Source: a virus. From it: 64,000 nt of DNA. The notes beneath the pieces are model-generated. The model searched no databases. It was not told where the DNA came from and saw only the letters and a list, made by a program, of their open reading frames with translations. The stretch spans positions 2,377-66,376 of the IMG/VR virus record IMGVR_UViG_3300008108_000237; one strand, written 5' to 3'. Position numbers and translations under genes: made by a program. Positions 62,438 through 64,000 of this stretch are shown piece after piece; positions within the stretch are counted from its first letter, which is position 1; the number at the start of each line of letters is the position of its first letter.

Positions 62438-63380
62438 ATCCCATCGTTTTAATTGTAAAATCCACACTTGCGGTGGGGCTCAAATAATTCTCATAATAAG
62501 TACGAGCATTTTTAGAAACAAAATTCAAAAACTCCATATCATCTTTTACTTCCATGTACCTTTTAACAATCATGTCAACATGGTGTTTTTCACCAAGTCT
62601 GTCCAAATTCATCCAATCACGCAAATCATCAGGTCTTTCAACTGAAACATAATGGTAATTTGGGACTAAAGGTTCTAAGAATTCGGTAGTATATTGGAAT
62701 CTGATGAAAGGAACTCCCAGTGCCATATATTCTACGTCTCTATAACACATCTCACCTCGCCCTGCTACTGACAAACCTAATTTGAAATTCATCAATTCAT
62801 TCACATATGAATGGAATCCTCCAATAGGACTTCCACCATAAAATACATTTGAATCAAAATGTTGTAAAATCGATCTTGTCGCTGTTTCCCCTCTAAAATA
62901 CATTCTACTATCTTGAGGGTCAGTTTGTAATCTCTTCTGATAATACTTTTCCAAATCATATTCATTGGACGGGAAATAAATCCAAGGATAATATTTGTGA
63001 TGATTTTCCTTTGCAACATGATGATAAACTTTATCTCGAATAAATTGAGATACAAATATTTTTTTTGTGTTGTCGTAGAATTGAAGATCCAAAGACGCTG
63101 GTGTTAAATCATCCGCAACACTCAAAACTTGAGTTTCTTTTGTATCATAATCTTCAATTATCAATTCACAATCTTGCATTTCAACATAAAAATCTTGGTC
63201 ATCATACCATCCTAACTCTATATTGACTCGACCTTTATGTACATTTTTTTGATATCTATCAACAATAACATCATGAATTTCAGATAGTTTATTTATTAGA
63301 TTATCAAAAAAAATATTATAATATCGGTACTTGTTACTATAAAAATTTGTAGGTTGATGTATTATCAATCTTCTTTTCAT
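62427..63380 (-). CDS. GT-B glycosyltransferase (exostosin/GT47- or GT90-like)
   Basis: 'YFRG...R...Y..EL...K.GLS..G.GE.CYRD.E...GVP' pattern, within the GT cluster. Confidence 0.55.
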   Translation of the reverse strand: MKRRLIIHQPTNFYSNKYRYYNIFFDNLINKLSEIHDVIVDRYQKNVHKGRVNIELGWYDDQDFYVEMQDCELIIEDYDTKETQVLSVADDLTPASLDLQFYDNTKKIFVSQFIRDKVYHHVAKENHHKYYPWIYFPSNEYDLEKYYQKRLQTDPQDSRMYFRGETATRSILQHFDSNVFYGGSPIGGFHSYVNELMNFKLGLSVAGRGEMCYRDVEYMALGVPFIRFQYTTEFLEPLVPNYHYVSVERPDDLRDWMNLDRLGEKHHVDMIVKRYMEVKDDMEFLNFVSKNARTYYENYLSPTASVDFTIKTMGYEI

Positions 63381-63381
63381 A

Positions 63382-64000
63382 TCATGAAACTACATTGTGA
63401 TTTAGTTGTCCTGTTAATCTATCACACCATCCCTTTGATTCTGAGTGAGGCCAAACGACCCAATAACTTGGGAGTACTGTTGTGGGGAACTCTCTCCAAA
63501 CCTTACAATATTTATCTGGGTCTCTGAAGAATCCCTCAATTTCATTTTTATCTGCGTCTTTTCTGAAAATAGTTTCATCGTTCGGGCCATGAAATGCAAC
63601 AACCCAAAAATCATAATCCTTTTCAGGAACACTCGAATATCCAACATCTATACAATGTTTATAAATTGTAGAGAAACTATTTTTCCATTCCTCTTCATCT
63701 TCAATTAATGGACTTGGTGGATATTTTTTATCCAAACAATGTTGGTCCACAGCTCTTTTTTCAAATAATAAACCTGCATATCTTTCATAGTCTCTCAAAG
63801 TCCTTTCAGGTCCGAATCCAAAAGGTCCGTCATGACCTTCTTGTTTTTCACCATCCATACCGAATAATTTTCTATTTGTGTGGTGTGAATGTTTGTTTTT
63901 ATCTCCCCAAGTTTTGTCGTCATCCCATTGTTTTGTTCTACCCTTACGAGTGTATTCGTGATAAACAACAGGAATGTGAGGGTGGAATAAATCATATCCC
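63382..64000 (-). CDS. GT60-like (Skp1/polypeptide GlcNAc-transferase-like) glycosyltransferase, 5' end beyond window
   Basis: The frame of the 158-aa track ORF stays open to the window edge: GYDLFHPHIPVVYHEYTRKGRTKQWDD...FGFGPERTLRDYERYAGL. Confidence 0.65.
   Translation of the reverse strand, partial: GYDLFHPHIPVVYHEYTRKGRTKQWDDDKTWGDKNKHSHHTNRKLFGMDGEKQEGHDGPFGFGPERTLRDYERYAGLLFEKRAVDQHCLDKKYPPSPLIEDEEEWKNSFSTIYKHCIDVGYSSVPEKDYDFWVVAFHGPNDETIFRKDADKNEIEGFFRDPDKYCKVWREFPTTVLPSYWVVWPHSESKGWCDRLTGQLNHNVVS

Noticed and set aside
5649-63995. Numerous 60-130-aa track ORFs nested within or antisense to long genes
   Set aside because: They overlap well-supported genes and show no recognisable motifs or initiation context.
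1-64000. Stop-codon reassignment, tRNA genes, reverse transcriptase/DGR, integrase
   Set aside because: Long ORFs are intact under code 11 and tile the window. No cloverleaf, RT or recombinase motifs were seen by eye.

Overview
This AT-rich, densely coding 64-kb window looks like a fragment of a large T4-like myovirus (jumbo phage). The host is probably a Bacteroidota/Flavobacteria species, inferred from SprB repeats and AT-rich starts lacking Shine-Dalgarno sites. Most genes are on the minus strand. From left to right it holds: (1) a collagen-like (Gly-Thr-Ser)n fibre gene running off the left edge, and a fibre/baseplate block with a Thr-Pro-linker protein, SprB-repeat and PKD proteins, and gp6- and gp25-like wedge genes; (2) a replication block (nrdA, nrdB, DnaB-like helicase, 5'-3' exonuclease, RecA/UvsX, gp32-like SSB); (3) giant baseplate/hub proteins (IPT/TIG and OmpA-like domains), tape measure, tail chaperone, tube, HAD protein, sheath and neck genes; (4) an SNF2 helicase, a Mn-SOD fused to a nuclease-like domain, and a family-B DNA polymerase; (5) a cluster of five glycosyltransferase-like genes running off the right edge. 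The strongest candidates for undescribed biology are a probable +1 programmed frameshift (UUU_UUU_CGU) in the tail chaperone, a possible phage-encoded protein O-glycosylation system acting on Ser/Thr-rich fibres, the SOD-nuclease fusion, and a strand-specific TATTTAT motif in front of late genes. Two junctions (about 27563 and 49142) look like deletions or scaffold joins. All calls come from reading motifs and synteny by eye; no searches were run.
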